Below are positions 50,558 to 63,072 of a stretch of DNA of 64,000 nucleotides, one piece after another; position 1 is the stretch's first letter; the number at the start of each line of letters is the position of its first letter. Origin of the DNA: Podarcis tiliguerta (Eukaryota); assembly GCA_965153285.1 (NCBI GenBank), contig OZ229123.1. One strand, 5' to 3'. Made by a program: the position numbers and the translations under genes. The notes beneath the pieces are model-generated. The model was given only the letters and a program-made list of their open reading frames with translations. It was not told the DNA's origin and searched no databases.

Positions 50558-50727
50558 CTGCAAAAATGAGAGAAGAATACAAGCGAACATTAAACAGCTT
50601 TTCCAAAAAATAGGTGGATTTCACTGGCTTCTTTCTGAATTTAGAAACAGAGCAACAATCCTATCACAAAAGTCTGCTCTGGTGTATTTACCTGCAATAT
50701 CATACTATTCACACACCACTATGACAT

Positions 50728-51448
50728 TTGGGTGTATGAGGTGTTAGGGGAGGGGTAGTACCTCTGGTGGGGGACACCTTGTGCTCCTTCTGGGGTAGTT
50801 TGTCTCCCTTTGGTCCTCACCCTGCACTCAGTTCTCACATGTGGCTCCTAGAAGCTGTCAGCATGCAACAACAGCCACACCTAGCAAATGGTTTTGACTG
50901 GCTGATAGCCAATGGGTCTCAAACCCTCAGTGAGTTAGGACTTCCCCTGAAAGAGAAGACAGGCTCCACCAGATTAAGCGCATAAGACCAATTGTGGGTC
51001 CTATGGTCAAGAAGGCAGTTTCTGCACATGTAGAGGGAAGTAAGGGACAGATGGGGCTTGTCAAGCTGGGAAGATAGCCCATGTAGGAGAAGGAAAACTC
51101 TGATCCTAAACCTCTGCTGTCTTGTGGGATATCTTCAAGAAAAGAAAAGAGTAAGGAGTAAACCCTACACAAATTCGGAGTGGAATCCCAAAAAAGTTGG
51201 ATGGGGCCTTGTATGCCTCCTTCCAGCAACTACTGCAGCCAAGCTGGTGCCAAACGTATCGCTCTGCTTTCCTTTGGACCACATCAGTCAGACCAAAAGG
51301 GAGGTCTTATCGTGTGGGCAGCCCAGGACCCCCATGCACACTGCCCAGGCTTGCGCGCCGGGGAGGTCACTATGTGCTATAATGCAGTGATTTGACTTCA
51401 CCCCCGGAGGTGCTCTCAATTGTCTCTTAAGACAGATGGATGCCAACA
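50728..51448 (+). mobile_element. RTE-derived non-autonomous bipartite retroelement (5'UTR plus 3' tail)
   Basis: 10-bp TSD actatgacat (50718-27 and 51449-58); RTE-type 3' end gacagatggatgccaacaac; RTE-like 5'UTR block ggagaaggaaaactctgatcctaaacctctgctg; no RT ORF. Confidence 0.7.
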
Positions 51449-51628
51449 ACTATGACATCAATTTCTGCAGAGGTACAGCACTTGGAACACCTAATTCCAA
51501 TAGCAATTATTGGAAATTAATCTCTTCAGACTGTGGTAAAAAGCTACCATAGTGTTTTACAACTCAATACACAGTTCGTACCGTTAATTTCAGAGCAACC
51601 GACATTTTGATTTAAGGAAAATGTTTAC

Positions 51629-51711
51629 CTCAATATCATCAATTAATTCTTTTTTTCTACGGCGAATATTGAAAAGCTCTTCTCTCTCTTCTACAGAAAG
51701 ATCATCAGGCA
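51629..51711 (-). CDS. CYTH3: CYTH3 exon 2 (PDDLSVEEREELFNIRRRKKELIDDIE)
   Basis: ccag|TG...GAG|gtaaac on - strand; 83 bp. Confidence 0.96.
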
Positions 51712-53054
51712 CTGGAGGGGAAAACACACACAATTATGTATAATTGCTTTATACTCTGGTACTTCATGTTTCACAAGTAAAAGTCTCATTCACATCAACA
51801 GAGTTTGTGCCAAGAAAGCACAGACAACATTCTTAATGACCAACTTTGGAGAAAATAGTGGTGCCAGTATACAGAACTTGGTATTAACTAACAAATGCAA
51901 TTGTCTCAGGGTTTCAGTATGAATGACAGATAGTTTTCACATTATGAAAAGTAAACTGCTTTCCATTCTATTGTGTATTACATTCATATTACAAGAATCA
52001 TTCCAGTAATCAAAGGGCATTAAAGTCTTCCTTCATCTTGGTTCTCTTTTAAATCTGTTTTATCCTCAGTTGTGCTTCAAGTCAAGTACAGCCAGCAAAG
52101 GGATTGCAATAGCACTTTGTGAACCAGTAGGAACCAGCAAATTTGTTCAGCAATTACATTAAGCCATAGTTTTTTGTTGCATGCATAAGCCTGCTTCCCA
52201 CTCCCCCCACCCCACTGCCCTCATATATATTAGGCGGTAAAGAGCATATGCTGTTGAGTTGCATCCAAGCATACCCACTGAAATTAATGGAGACAATAAA
52301 AATTGGTTGGATACAGCCCCCCTATTTTTAATTAATTGTTATTTGTCATTATGTCTGAACTGGAAACTGTAATTAGTTTTCACTATACAACCCAGGATTT
52401 TAAAATCTTAATGTGAAGATGGCTCGTTTGAACAAACCATCATTAAAGCTAACGACAGTTTGTGCTAGTTCTGACATAACAAAGCATATTTATAACATGT
52501 TTTCTTGTGAAAAGAAGCTCTTGTCATTTAGGGGAAGTATTAGTCTAACAGTAAACACCTTCAGGCGGCCACATTTTCCATACATAATTCAGCACTGTCA
52601 ACTTAACAACTGGACTAACACATCTTTTCAATGAGGAGGTACAGCACAGGGTAATTTGGAAACTGTTTGCTTTAAAAAATGATAAAAGCAGTTCGTGCCT
52701 CAGACTTCATGATAGACAAATACTGAAATAATTAGCAACTTTACTTTTTCCACATTAACGGTAAAGTGTGATAAATGAAGTCATTTATAAAGCAAATGCT
52801 TTTTGCTTATCTAAAAATACAAACATTTAGAAAACTGGATAAAAAGGAGCAGCAAATGTTACTTTTTAAAAAATAAATATTTTTGTCTCTTCTTCAATGT
52901 ATTTGACCACTACTGAAGTTACTCTCAATACCAAATAAACACCAGTTGGAAGCATTCAGAATACTTGGTATTCTGAATATAAATAACAAAAGAATTAGGA
53001 ATATCAACCATAAAACATAACGAGTATTGCCAACTAATCAAATTTACTCTTCCA

Positions 53055-53088
<34 letters not shown>
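53055..53088. repeat. (TA)n microsatellite
   Basis: Direct reading. Confidence 0.9.
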
Positions 53089-53089
<1 letters not shown>

Positions 53090-53269
53090 TCTCAACTGCA
53101 AGGAAATACCATGACAGAACAATATGCAGTTTAGTTATCCACAACCACACCTTTAAAAAAAAGTCAACTCACAGCAATGACTGGAAAATCTTGAGTATAA
53201 AAGTTCTCCATTTTAAATAGGTTTGCAAACATGGATGCATCTTCCTTCTCATGTGATGATATTTAAATT

Positions 53270-53550
53270 ATTCATTCATTTATTCATTGAATCTATATAC
53301 CAATCTATACCCAGAGGTCTCAGAGCGGTTCACAGAACAAAATCAAACTATAAAACCACAATATATATATAATCAAAACAACAACAACCCAATAACACCC
53401 CCCCCAAAAAAAGAACAGCAATTTATAAGGGCATACAATGTCAATCAAATCAACCAAAGGCCTGGTTAAAAAATAATGTTTTTGCCTGGTGCCTAAAGGT
53501 GTATAATGAAGGCAACAGGCTAACTTCCCTGGGGAGAACATTCCACAGAT
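53270..53550 (-). mobile_element. L2-type LINE 3' fragment (approximate)
   Basis: (ttca)n/ttta tail, agcggttcaca and gttttttgcctggtgcctaaa blocks typical of reptile L2 ends. Confidence 0.5.
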
Positions 53551-54493
53551 GGGATGTGGAATTTAAAACTACTATTTTCTGTTGTGTTTCATTGAATTGG
53601 GGGACGTGTCTGTCACTGTCCTGTAGTCAGCTCCCATATAATTATGGGTAACATTTCCAGCTCATGTAGGTACATCTCAACCCATCACTGCACCACCATC
53701 AAGATCACTGACTCTGGTGTGGGGAAAACCCATATGAAGGAGAGCATTTACACATCATAGGATTTGGAAACTATAGCCAAAGAAACAAAGAAACTAGGCA
53801 AAATAGCTGAAATTATGAGAAGACATTATGGTATGAGACCCAAATTATGCAACTAAGCTGTAAGTGACAAAGCTTCCAGTCATCCAACACAAGGGTTTGC
53901 TACTCTCTGAGTTTTGGTGCAGTGTAACACGACAACCCTAAACAAAATCTTAACTCTATTGGTGGTCTGCTCTAGAATTCAGTGTTCTGTGGAACAACAC
54001 TGTTAAAAAAAACAAAAACACACACAAAAAAAACAGGTGCAATGAGAAGAGGAAATAAAACATGCTAGTGTAGGCATATTTCCTCTGAAATTAGGAAGAG
54101 GAAAGGTAACCTCCACCCAAATGGGTCACTGTTTTATTCTGATTCACTTCTGATTCATATTGCCACCCATGATTCTAAAAATACCGCTACCCAAAATGCT
54201 ACTAAACCATGCAGTAGTGGTGTCACAACGGGGCGGGGGGGGGGGGCGCGGTATGCCCCGGGTTCCATGTCTGTGGGGGTAACAAGAAGTCACCCATCCA
54301 TCTCTGCTGTCGTATGTCATTTCTACATACCTTAAATCATCCACAGACTTTTTGTGACATGGTACTGAGGATGTGTTCTAAAGAGAACTGCCTCAAGACA
54401 CCAGAAGGCTACAGCACGGACAGCTTCTTAAAACAATACTGAAATATACACCAATAAAGATTTCCATAGATGAACGAAGCCTCTAATATTAAG

Positions 54494-54496
<3 letters not shown>

Positions 54497-54538
<42 letters not shown>
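54497..54538. repeat. (AAT)n microsatellite
   Basis: Direct reading. Confidence 0.95.
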
Positions 54539-54540
<2 letters not shown>

Positions 54541-55179
54541 TTCCTAACATTTTTATAGTCCACTGCTTTGTGCAGGAAGTGCATAGGTGGAAAGGTCACT
54601 TTTTTAAAAAAAGGAAAAAAGAAAGAAAACGAGAGATTTCCTGCACAGGGCAACAGTTTCAGCACAACTGAGCAAGCAGCTGAAGCATACCTTGATGTCA
54701 TCATGATACAGTTACAAAAGAAGTTTCCATTTCTTTCAGTGCCAGAGCATACAAAAAGTCAATTACCAGGGCACATGAAACAATTTGTTTCAACTTCGTT
54801 CTACACAAGAAAATGCAAAATCTATTGGTTAACTCACATTTCGTTAATGACAACCAGAACCATCCACAGTAAGGGCTATTTTAAAGATGGGTTTCAAAGA
54901 ATAGTGAGGAAAGGCTAACCTCAATAAGATGGTTTTAGAAGAAAATTGCTTGAATACTCTTTAAATGCTCCTAATCAATTCTTCCTGAACTGCTGACCTT
55001 TACTCCTCTTTCCTTAAGTGAATATTCGCCAGCAGAACAAGCAACACAGATAGCATGGCCCATGATGTGTATGCCCCGCTCAGTGTCTTTGCATATAAAT
55101 GCAAATTATATGACTAACAGGACAATGCTTTCATTTTTAAAAAACATAGTACATCAGTTGGCAGTTTTATTTTCAATCC

Positions 55180-55560
55180 CTTTCCTAAGTATCCTCATTT
55201 GTAATACACCTTTTTACAGCCACCACACACTGGGTCAACATCTTCCAAGTAGCTATCCATTACAACCCCAAGTTATCATTCCTAGGCAGTCACTGTCAGA
55301 CCTGCTTAGCATATAAGTGAAATTAGGATCTTTTGTCCCAAAGTGAACCACTTTACACTGAATTGCATTTGCCATTTTACTCTCTATTCACTCAGTCTGA
55401 AGATACCCTTTGGAGCGCCTCGCAATCCCTTTTAAACAACCCTGAACAATTCGGTATCATCAGCAAATTTTGTTACCTCCCTCGTTACCCCTAACTCTAA
55501 ATCATTTATGAGCAAGATAAAACAACACAGGTTCCAATATGTGAGGGACTCTACTTTCTA
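55180..55560 (-). mobile_element. CR1 RT fragment (approximate)
   Basis: ggtatcatcagcaaattt encodes KFADDT on the - strand; degenerate. Confidence 0.6.
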
Positions 55561-57789
55561 CACTGAGAGAACGGCCTACTACTTTTTACTTCCTGTAAAG
55601 AATAGGCAGAGAGAGTACAGCTAGGCAGAAAAAACGTCAGATTATCAGTGTCCTCAACCCTCCACCAGACTTTGGACCTTGCACCATCCTAGACAGAGGG
55701 CAGGCCACCACACTGCACAGATACCTGAATTAAACCAAGCCAACAGTCTTCCCATAGGTCACTTCAGGGTCTCTTCCTCCATGCAAAGTCTGGGTAATTT
55801 ACTTGCAGGCCATGCCAGGGTTTTTTAAAGTTAATGTATAAAGCTAAACTGAGGACTGAAAGTTATAGAACTAAATTTCAATTTATGTCTTTATTAGCAG
55901 TCAGTGTACTTCTTTAGCAGATTAAGTTCCAGTCACAGAATTTTGTTTGGAACAGTTTCAAAGATGATGCCCATTTGCAAGCCCCAAAGCCCAGCTTTGT
56001 GAAAAATCTGGACTAGTACTTCCACCTTAGAAGAGATGTAAAAACGGGTGCTGTCAACAAGTTTGCTTCTTGTCAAGAGGCAGACCAGTAGCATTGACAT
56101 GGTATCATGTGAGAATTAAGCACACAATCCCAGTAATAAAGGCACTTTAAAAGGTTCCAGAGTGTGGTCAGTCATTTTCAGTAAAATACAGAATGGTATT
56201 CTGTTTTTTGCTAAGACGCATGTTCTCATTACAAAAACGCCTGCTCTATATTCCAGTAAAGCTTGTATGATATGGGGGGGGGGCAGTGGATTGAATAGCA
56301 TGGTAATTTTCAAGTCAATACCTATTACAAACACAACTGGAAAAACTAAACTGACCGGCCTAGTCCATTATTCCGAACAGCTTTTCTTGTGTCCACTGTT
56401 CTACACACACAACTTTTTTACTTAATTACTAGAATCTTTCCCAACTTCCATATAACATTTATAAATAAGGAGTTCATCACTTGTAAGCTTCTTAGGATCT
56501 CACAAAAATTTCCTACAATGATAGATTCGTGGTCAGATTTCATTGTGGGACAATATTTTTCAATACAAACAATCCCAGCAGAATATTTGTCAAGGTTCAC
56601 CCCTGTCCAGAACTGAAACCTGGGGACTCCCTGGAAGACGAGCAAGCAGCAAGACCATCACCACCCCAATAGATCTCTATCTCCCACAATGTTGAGGAGT
56701 CAGCAGATCTAGACATTTCCACCCTGGGACCTGAAGTCTCCACACCAATTGCCTTGCCTAGGTTCCTTTTTGGCTCTCAGACCTTATCCTTCACCTCCAG
56801 GCTCACAAGACAAAAGCTAGTGAGTCAGGCATTCAGGTGGAGGAGTTAGCAGGTGTCTAGATCTATGACTAGCTGAGAGCAACCAACAGGATTAATGGGA
56901 CCTATTTAAGCAAATATTCAAGCCTTTTTACTCCCCCAACTCAAATATTCCATGGTGGAAGAAATACAGAATATAAATGTAATAAAATAAAGGTTAAGCT
57001 GTTCTAAAAATCAGTGGCTCAGTTCCAGAAATCTATCTCACACAAAGCCCGTCTACTGCAGTTTACAGCAGATCACAAGTTCATCTTCAGCCACCTACTT
57101 TTCTAACTACTACAGGGTTTTAAGCAAACTGTGTATTTATAATTCTTAGCAGAATCAGCACTCCTCTGCACAGTTTCCCTTCTCACAGAGGAGAGCAGGA
57201 AGTCATGTGTGTAAAAGGTCCACAGACCCTTTGGATGACTGCCATAGTATACAGATGCTGCTAATTACAGAGGGCCTGACATACACAGTCTAATTTTGTA
57301 AAGTCCTCTGGAATCCCCTTCAAGCAGGCATTCTCGTATTTTATTTTCCATCTTTTAGAAGCACAATTTTGGTCTGGGGATTTAAACACATCATGTTGCA
57401 CTACCAGAAACTATTCAAGTTTTCTACCTTCCAATTTCTGTTTGTTTCAGTTGCCCACACACTCACATCCTAACAGGCTGAATCATAGTATTACATAAGA
57501 TTGATGCAATTTCCTCCAAGTTTTTCCCACACTCTTCATGTCCCATTCAGGGTTAGTATGGTAATTATTAGATGGGAAGATTTTTACCAGGTAAAACGCA
57601 CACACACACACCCCAATAAATTATTCACTCACTATATCTTAAGCCTTCTCTCAGATGTTTCTACAGTAAAGGCAGAGCAAATTTCACAGATAGGACATTC
57701 TTGGTGGTGACACTCTTTCTCATGTTACTGCCCTCCTAATCTCTGTTGTGGAAGACACAAAAAGCAGGGTCTCCTTCATCATTAGTTAC

Positions 57790-58130
57790 CCTTCCCAGTT
57801 TGGTGTCATCTGCAAATTTGATGAACATCCCCTCAACGTCTTCATCCAAATTGTTTAGAAAGACATTGAACAACAATGGGCTCAGGACAAAACCCTGCAG
57901 CAAGCACCCCACTTGTCACTTTTTTCCAGGATGATGAGGAACTGAGCACTCTTTGGGTTTGGTCAGTCAACCAACTACAAATCCACCTAACAGTTACATT
58001 GTCTAGCCCACATTTTACCAACTTCTCTTGAGGAAGATCATGGGGGCTTTGCCAAAAGCCTTACTGAAATATCCACAGCATTCCCCTGATCTACCAAGTT
58101 TGTAACTATTGGGGGAAAATGATATTTATC
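57790..58130 (-). mobile_element. CR1 RT fragment (approximate)
   Basis: gtgtcatctgcaaatttgatg encodes IKFADDT; upstream LFNVFLNNLD on the - strand. Confidence 0.65.
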
Positions 58131-58265
58131 TGGCATGACTTGCTCACAGACAAACTGTTTATCCTAGGAGCTTTCCAGGTAACGACACCAAGCTGGCCAG
58201 TTGATGGGCTAGACACCCTGTCCCCAAGCAAACCCTGTCAAGCTGCTGCCAATTTAACCACAACG

Positions 58266-58470
58266 TTATTCAGAAGATCTACATGCCTGATTATTATACG
58301 GCTCCACCTTGCTACAGTTCTGCCTCAACTGCAAAAACTGTCCAACAGGTACATTCCTTTTAACATGTATTGGATAACTGCTCTCACAATGCAATATTGA
58401 ATTCCTGTCAGTGAGTTTCGTGTATCTACAGACAGCAAGTGAATCCAATTTGACATACACAATTGTATCC
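58266..58470 (-). mobile_element. Old Penelope-like RT/thumb fragment
   Basis: FLD...YTKLTDRNSILHCESSYPIHVKRNVPVGQFLQLRQNCS fits the PLE Y.K.TD.N..LH..S.HP...P.GQF.R.RR.CS pattern. Confidence 0.65.
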
Positions 58471-61400
58471 AAGAACGGTTTGCAAAAAGGATCAAAATGA
58501 CAAGAGAGCAACATGCACATTCATGGGATTATTTTATTTTATTTCTATTATTTATCAAATTTCTATGCCACCCTGCATCCAAGGATCACAGGGCAGTTGA
58601 CAACACAAAAGCACAACAATACACAACAGCCATGTAAAATCACTAAGTGGGGAGGCTGAGTAGGGCTAGTGAGGGGTGTGTGACCTGTGATGGCGGCATG
58701 GTCCGGGGAGTGCCAGAGGACTAAACAGACAGGCCTGGATGGTCACATTTGCCCTGAGATTCCTCACTCCTACTCTGAAATGTGACACTGCAAGGGGCCA
58801 CTGTATGAAATCTGGGTGAAAGGAGAAGTATAGGACCTCTTTCTCAGTCAGAGAGAGCACTTGTCCTACAAATAAAACAGACAAACCAGAAGATATTCAG
58901 CAAAGTATCATGCTGAAAAAGTAAATGCTAATAAGCACTTCATGCCATCATGTTGCTATACAGTGGTGTGCAGGGGCCAAAAAATATTCTGTAGCTTTTA
59001 GTGAGATTATATTGCTACGGTAGTGACAAAATTAACTCAAATACGAAATATAGGTAGCTTTTTAAAATCATAGTTCAGATACTATTTCTCTTGAGACCTT
59101 ATTAGGCATGTTTAATATTTATAATTGGATTAAAGGGATTAGCTGAATGAGGGCACACTAAGGGCTTTCTAATAAAATGAGTTTTGTGGTGGAAAGTTTT
59201 CAAATAATCATTTAAGCTAGAACAACCATTAATCCTGCATATGGCAGGATTACTTCCACCAATGAGGCATGAGTGTGCAGGCACCAAAAGCGGTATTACA
59301 TTAAATTAAAATCTACTTGTTTGTGAAGATTTTTTACTTATCTGGCACAGTAACTCATTATGCTGCCTCTGTATATTTACTCAAAAGCAATTTTAAGAGT
59401 AATGCCTTCCATGCTGCTTTCCAGAGCAATTGTCATAACTAGATAGAAGCAAAACATACTGAATAGATAGACAGATAATTTACCACGGTCAAAGACCAGC
59501 TTGCACTGTGCACTGCAAACTGATCTTCGATTATTCCATCAGCTGAAAGACAGATTTTGGAATATTAGAGAACTTACTCTAGAATGGTGTGATTTGCCAT
59601 AAGGCAACTTCATATGTATCACATCTGTGTCTCCACACTCCCTCCACTGACATGCACCGGCAACACCAATGCACTATGTTTCTACCCAACAAGACTGCAG
59701 GTGGTAGCAAGAGCACAGTCAACATGTCAGGCAATCCAGTAGTGGCTGGTGCCCATTGGGAAAGACTGGTACAGCCAAAGGATATAGGAGATGAGCTACT
59801 ACAACTGCTACCACCTCATTTATGTATTTAGATAATCCACAGAATATTATTTCCCTGACAAATATGAAATCCATTTATTTAGCACCAAGCAGAGGTGTAT
59901 GGAGATTTTTTCCCTATTTCACAGCCAGCTCCTCCTCTGGCCCAGATGCATCCATTCAAACATCTATTGAGATATTCGTGTTTATAAGTGCATGCACAGA
60001 GAGCTCTCTACATGCTATTAAGTCAGGACAGAGTTTGCCCCCACCTTCTTGTTTTGTATCCATAAATACTGATTGCTTCATACTTTGGGACGCCTTGCCT
60101 GTTTCAGGCAATCTGTAGATGTACAGTTGCTAGAATGATCAACCCAGATTTATCATCCAACCCAGTTTGTGCATGTCTTCCAGCTCCTTTATTTGTAAAC
60201 TTTAAGCGGAAGATATATTAGCTCAAACACAGCCCTGTTTCATCAGTGCTACTCTTTTGCATTTTAACTTTGCCTTTCCTTTCTTATCCTTGAAGAAGCT
60301 TAAACATAGTTCTAAGCCAGTGTTAGAAAGCGAGCTATGAAAGCTTGGAGTTAAATGGCACTTGAAACCTACGTTATGGGTGCAACAACAGAACGTCTAC
60401 GCAAACTTTTTAATAACAAGAATGCAAAGCTGAAAATGAATGAACTGCAGCTAAAATCTTATGATCATTTTGCACATGTTCTAGTCCTCATCTGAAGACT
60501 TCAAACAACAACAACAACAACAACAAACCAAAGCCATGCTTCCCCTGCCCACTCCCATAATATTCTTATAAGGGTCCCTTCTCCAGCCTTCAGAGAGTGG
60601 CTAAGAGTGGGGAGGCGGAAAAAAGTCCTCCTTTCCTTCCAGCAGTGGCAGTTTTATCTGAAATCTTAGGTGCAGTACTGCACCCAGAGCTCAGAAACTG
60701 CTCACATTAATGAAATTTCCTGCCACAAAATGCACCTAGAACAATGGGAGTTTTGAATGCTGCGCTAAGCGCAGGACGAACAGTCCAGACAAAGCTCCTC
60801 TTTAGTGTTAAGTCTTTCTAATCAGATTCAAACAAATAACCACACACAAAGTCTTGCACTATCCATCCATCCATCCATACATGTGTGTGTGTGTGTGTGC
60901 GCACACGCGCACACGTGTGCATACACACACACTTGTACATTAAAACTCACACTTCTGCTTTTAGGCAAAGCTGGAGAAATCCAGGCCCCATCAAGGTCTA
61001 CAAAAAAGTAATGAACCCACATTGTTCATTCAAGACATATTTTTCCTCAGCCAACTTTTCATCTCTTTCATTTTCAAACACAAAAGCAGCACTTCTCATA
61101 GTCTTCTGATGAAACATAAAAAGAAAATATGCCTTTATCTGCATCTGAGAGTTTGTAGCATTAAGGCAACATTCCAGAATTTTTAAAAATGCCCTTTAGC
61201 TACTCATGAATTATCAGATCACCAAGGTATTATATGGAAAAATAAAGTTATGAGGATTTTGATTTGCAAACTGTGTGACTAGAGCATCCAGAAGTCAACA
61301 AATTTGGGAAATATAATGGGTTGTGTATCCAACTTTAGTCATACTGAGAGCAGAGCCAATGGAATGAAAGGATATAGTTAGCTTCATTCAATTCACTGGA

Positions 61401-61888
61401 TCTATTCCTAGAATTTAGTTGGATACAACGGGGGGGGGGGGGGGGCGCGGGTCCTTGAAAAAGTGGGTGCTGTATCGGGGAAAATTACTGAGAAGTTTAT
61501 AACGCACACAACCTTTTCCTTTCCAAAAATGAACTTATGATTTCCTGGGTTGCTTTTCTTAAGCTGCATTAAACATTGCTTGTCAAATTTGTTGTGTCAT
61601 GGGTATAACAGGGATGTATAAGAAAAGAACATTTTGGATTTGCCAGAAATTGGAAGAAAGAATTTGTGAATGACAGGATAGATTATACTGAAATGGCCAG
61701 ATTAACAGAGACAATTAGAGGATAACCCAGACAAAAATTACAAAAATAATGGGGGAAATGCAGAGAATACTTTACTAAACAGTGCCCCAAAATATATACC
61801 TGGACTTGTTTAGATTAATTTCTACAGGAGACTTTGCAGTTTTTTAAGTCATAATTGTAATAATCACATATAAATGAAACAGTATACA

Positions 61889-62000
61889 ATAGAATCATAG
61901 AATCATAGAATCATAGAACTGTAGAGTTGGAAGGGACCCTGAGGATCATCTAGTCCAACCCCCTGCAATGCAGGAATATGCAGCTGGTCCATACAGGGAT
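61889..62000 (-). mobile_element. CR1 LINE extreme 3' end
   Basis: (tagaatca)3 octamer tail followed by gagttggaagggaccctgaggatcatctagtccaacccc. Confidence 0.8.
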
Positions 62001-62941
62001 CGAGGAGGCCATTTACAGGATAAAGGAAGTCTTTTATTTTTATGTTTTCTTTATGTAAGGGGATAGGAGTTTAATTTTGATAATTAAATTGTCAATGGTT
62101 GTGGATTTGTTTGTACGTATGAGTTGTTGTGGACTATGTTATAAATAAATTATTTTTTAAAAGAAAAAAGATAGAAAGAAAATTTTGGCTTTATTGAACT
62201 ACCAAACTAAGAACAAAAACTACAGAGAACAGAAGCAAACAATTAACTTTGCCCTGCAAAGCAATACAACTCATTTCAAGAAGGCATTTGACAGTACGCT
62301 GTGTAATACAGAGAGCTAGAAAGTTTCATTCAATATAAGATGATTTTTTAAGTAAGAAGAAGGAATATGGCCTCCAGTGCTGTACTGCAAAGGTAATAAT
62401 GGGTATAGTCATGCTTCTGTTTGCAGAAGATGCAATATAAGGCAGCTTCCCATGTTTCTACTTCAGATATACTACATGAAGTGTAAAAGACACTAAAGCC
62501 ATTAGTTGCAATTCTGAGCAAAGTCCATTAGTTAAATTGTCATCTGCTGACTTCAGCATGTTAAGCTGCCTGAGATAAAGGCATCACATTGTAAATGATC
62601 TTACAAAGCATCTAATTCAGAGCCATAACAACCCAAATCTTCCAAAATGAAACATTAATTATATTGCTACAACAATACAAACTCCATATGGAAAAGAAAA
62701 TGAAAAATGAAAATAGTCTGGTCCTCTGCCAAGCTTCTCTTCCTGAGGACAAAGAAAATTCAAATGTATTTGAGCATATAAGATACGATCACCCCAACTG
62801 AATTTTACAGTCTGAATAAGGAATGGGAAGATAAGCAATAAAACCTTTTTCATCCAGTTCCAACATAAAGCACCTTTGAGAGATTCCTAGCTGAGCTTTT
62901 TTCTTCAGAAAAGCAAAGAATAAAATAAAAGTAATGTTTCA

Positions 62942-63072
62942 GCCCCCCTTCATGGATCACTGCCTTGCCGTGGCGAAGGGGCTTGAAGAACTCAGAGAAG
63001 CTATGAACTATGCCAAGCAGGGCACCCAAGATGAACAGGTCATAGTGGAGAGTTTGGACCAAACGTGATCCA
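62942..63072 (+). ncRNA. Candidate HDV-like self-cleaving ribozyme at Bov-B 5' end
   Basis: P1 ccccttc/gaagggg, P2 tggatcac/gtgatcca, P3 gcc/ggc, L3 ttgccgt, J4/2 CAAA, all in HDV order; see finding. Confidence 0.6.

Larger units (their letters stand above)
15530..51711 (-). other. CYTH3: CYTH3 (cytohesin-3/GRP1) gene, exons 2-13 plus 3'UTR; exon 1 beyond window end
   Basis: Twelve canonical exons total 1166 nt in one frame: coiled coil, Sec7, PH and polybasic tail. [19 protein letters not shown] and RIANKK distinguish CYTH3 from CYTH1/2. Confidence 0.97.

Noticed and set aside
50728-50930. HDV-like ribozyme at the 5' end of the RTE derivative
   Set aside because: An L3-like ttctcac and a gccaa are present, but I could not assemble consistent P1/P3 helices in this copy.
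56389-56645. Possible LTR-retrotransposon integrase remnant
   Set aside because: Only a faint resemblance; no convincing HHCC/DDE motifs or LTRs.
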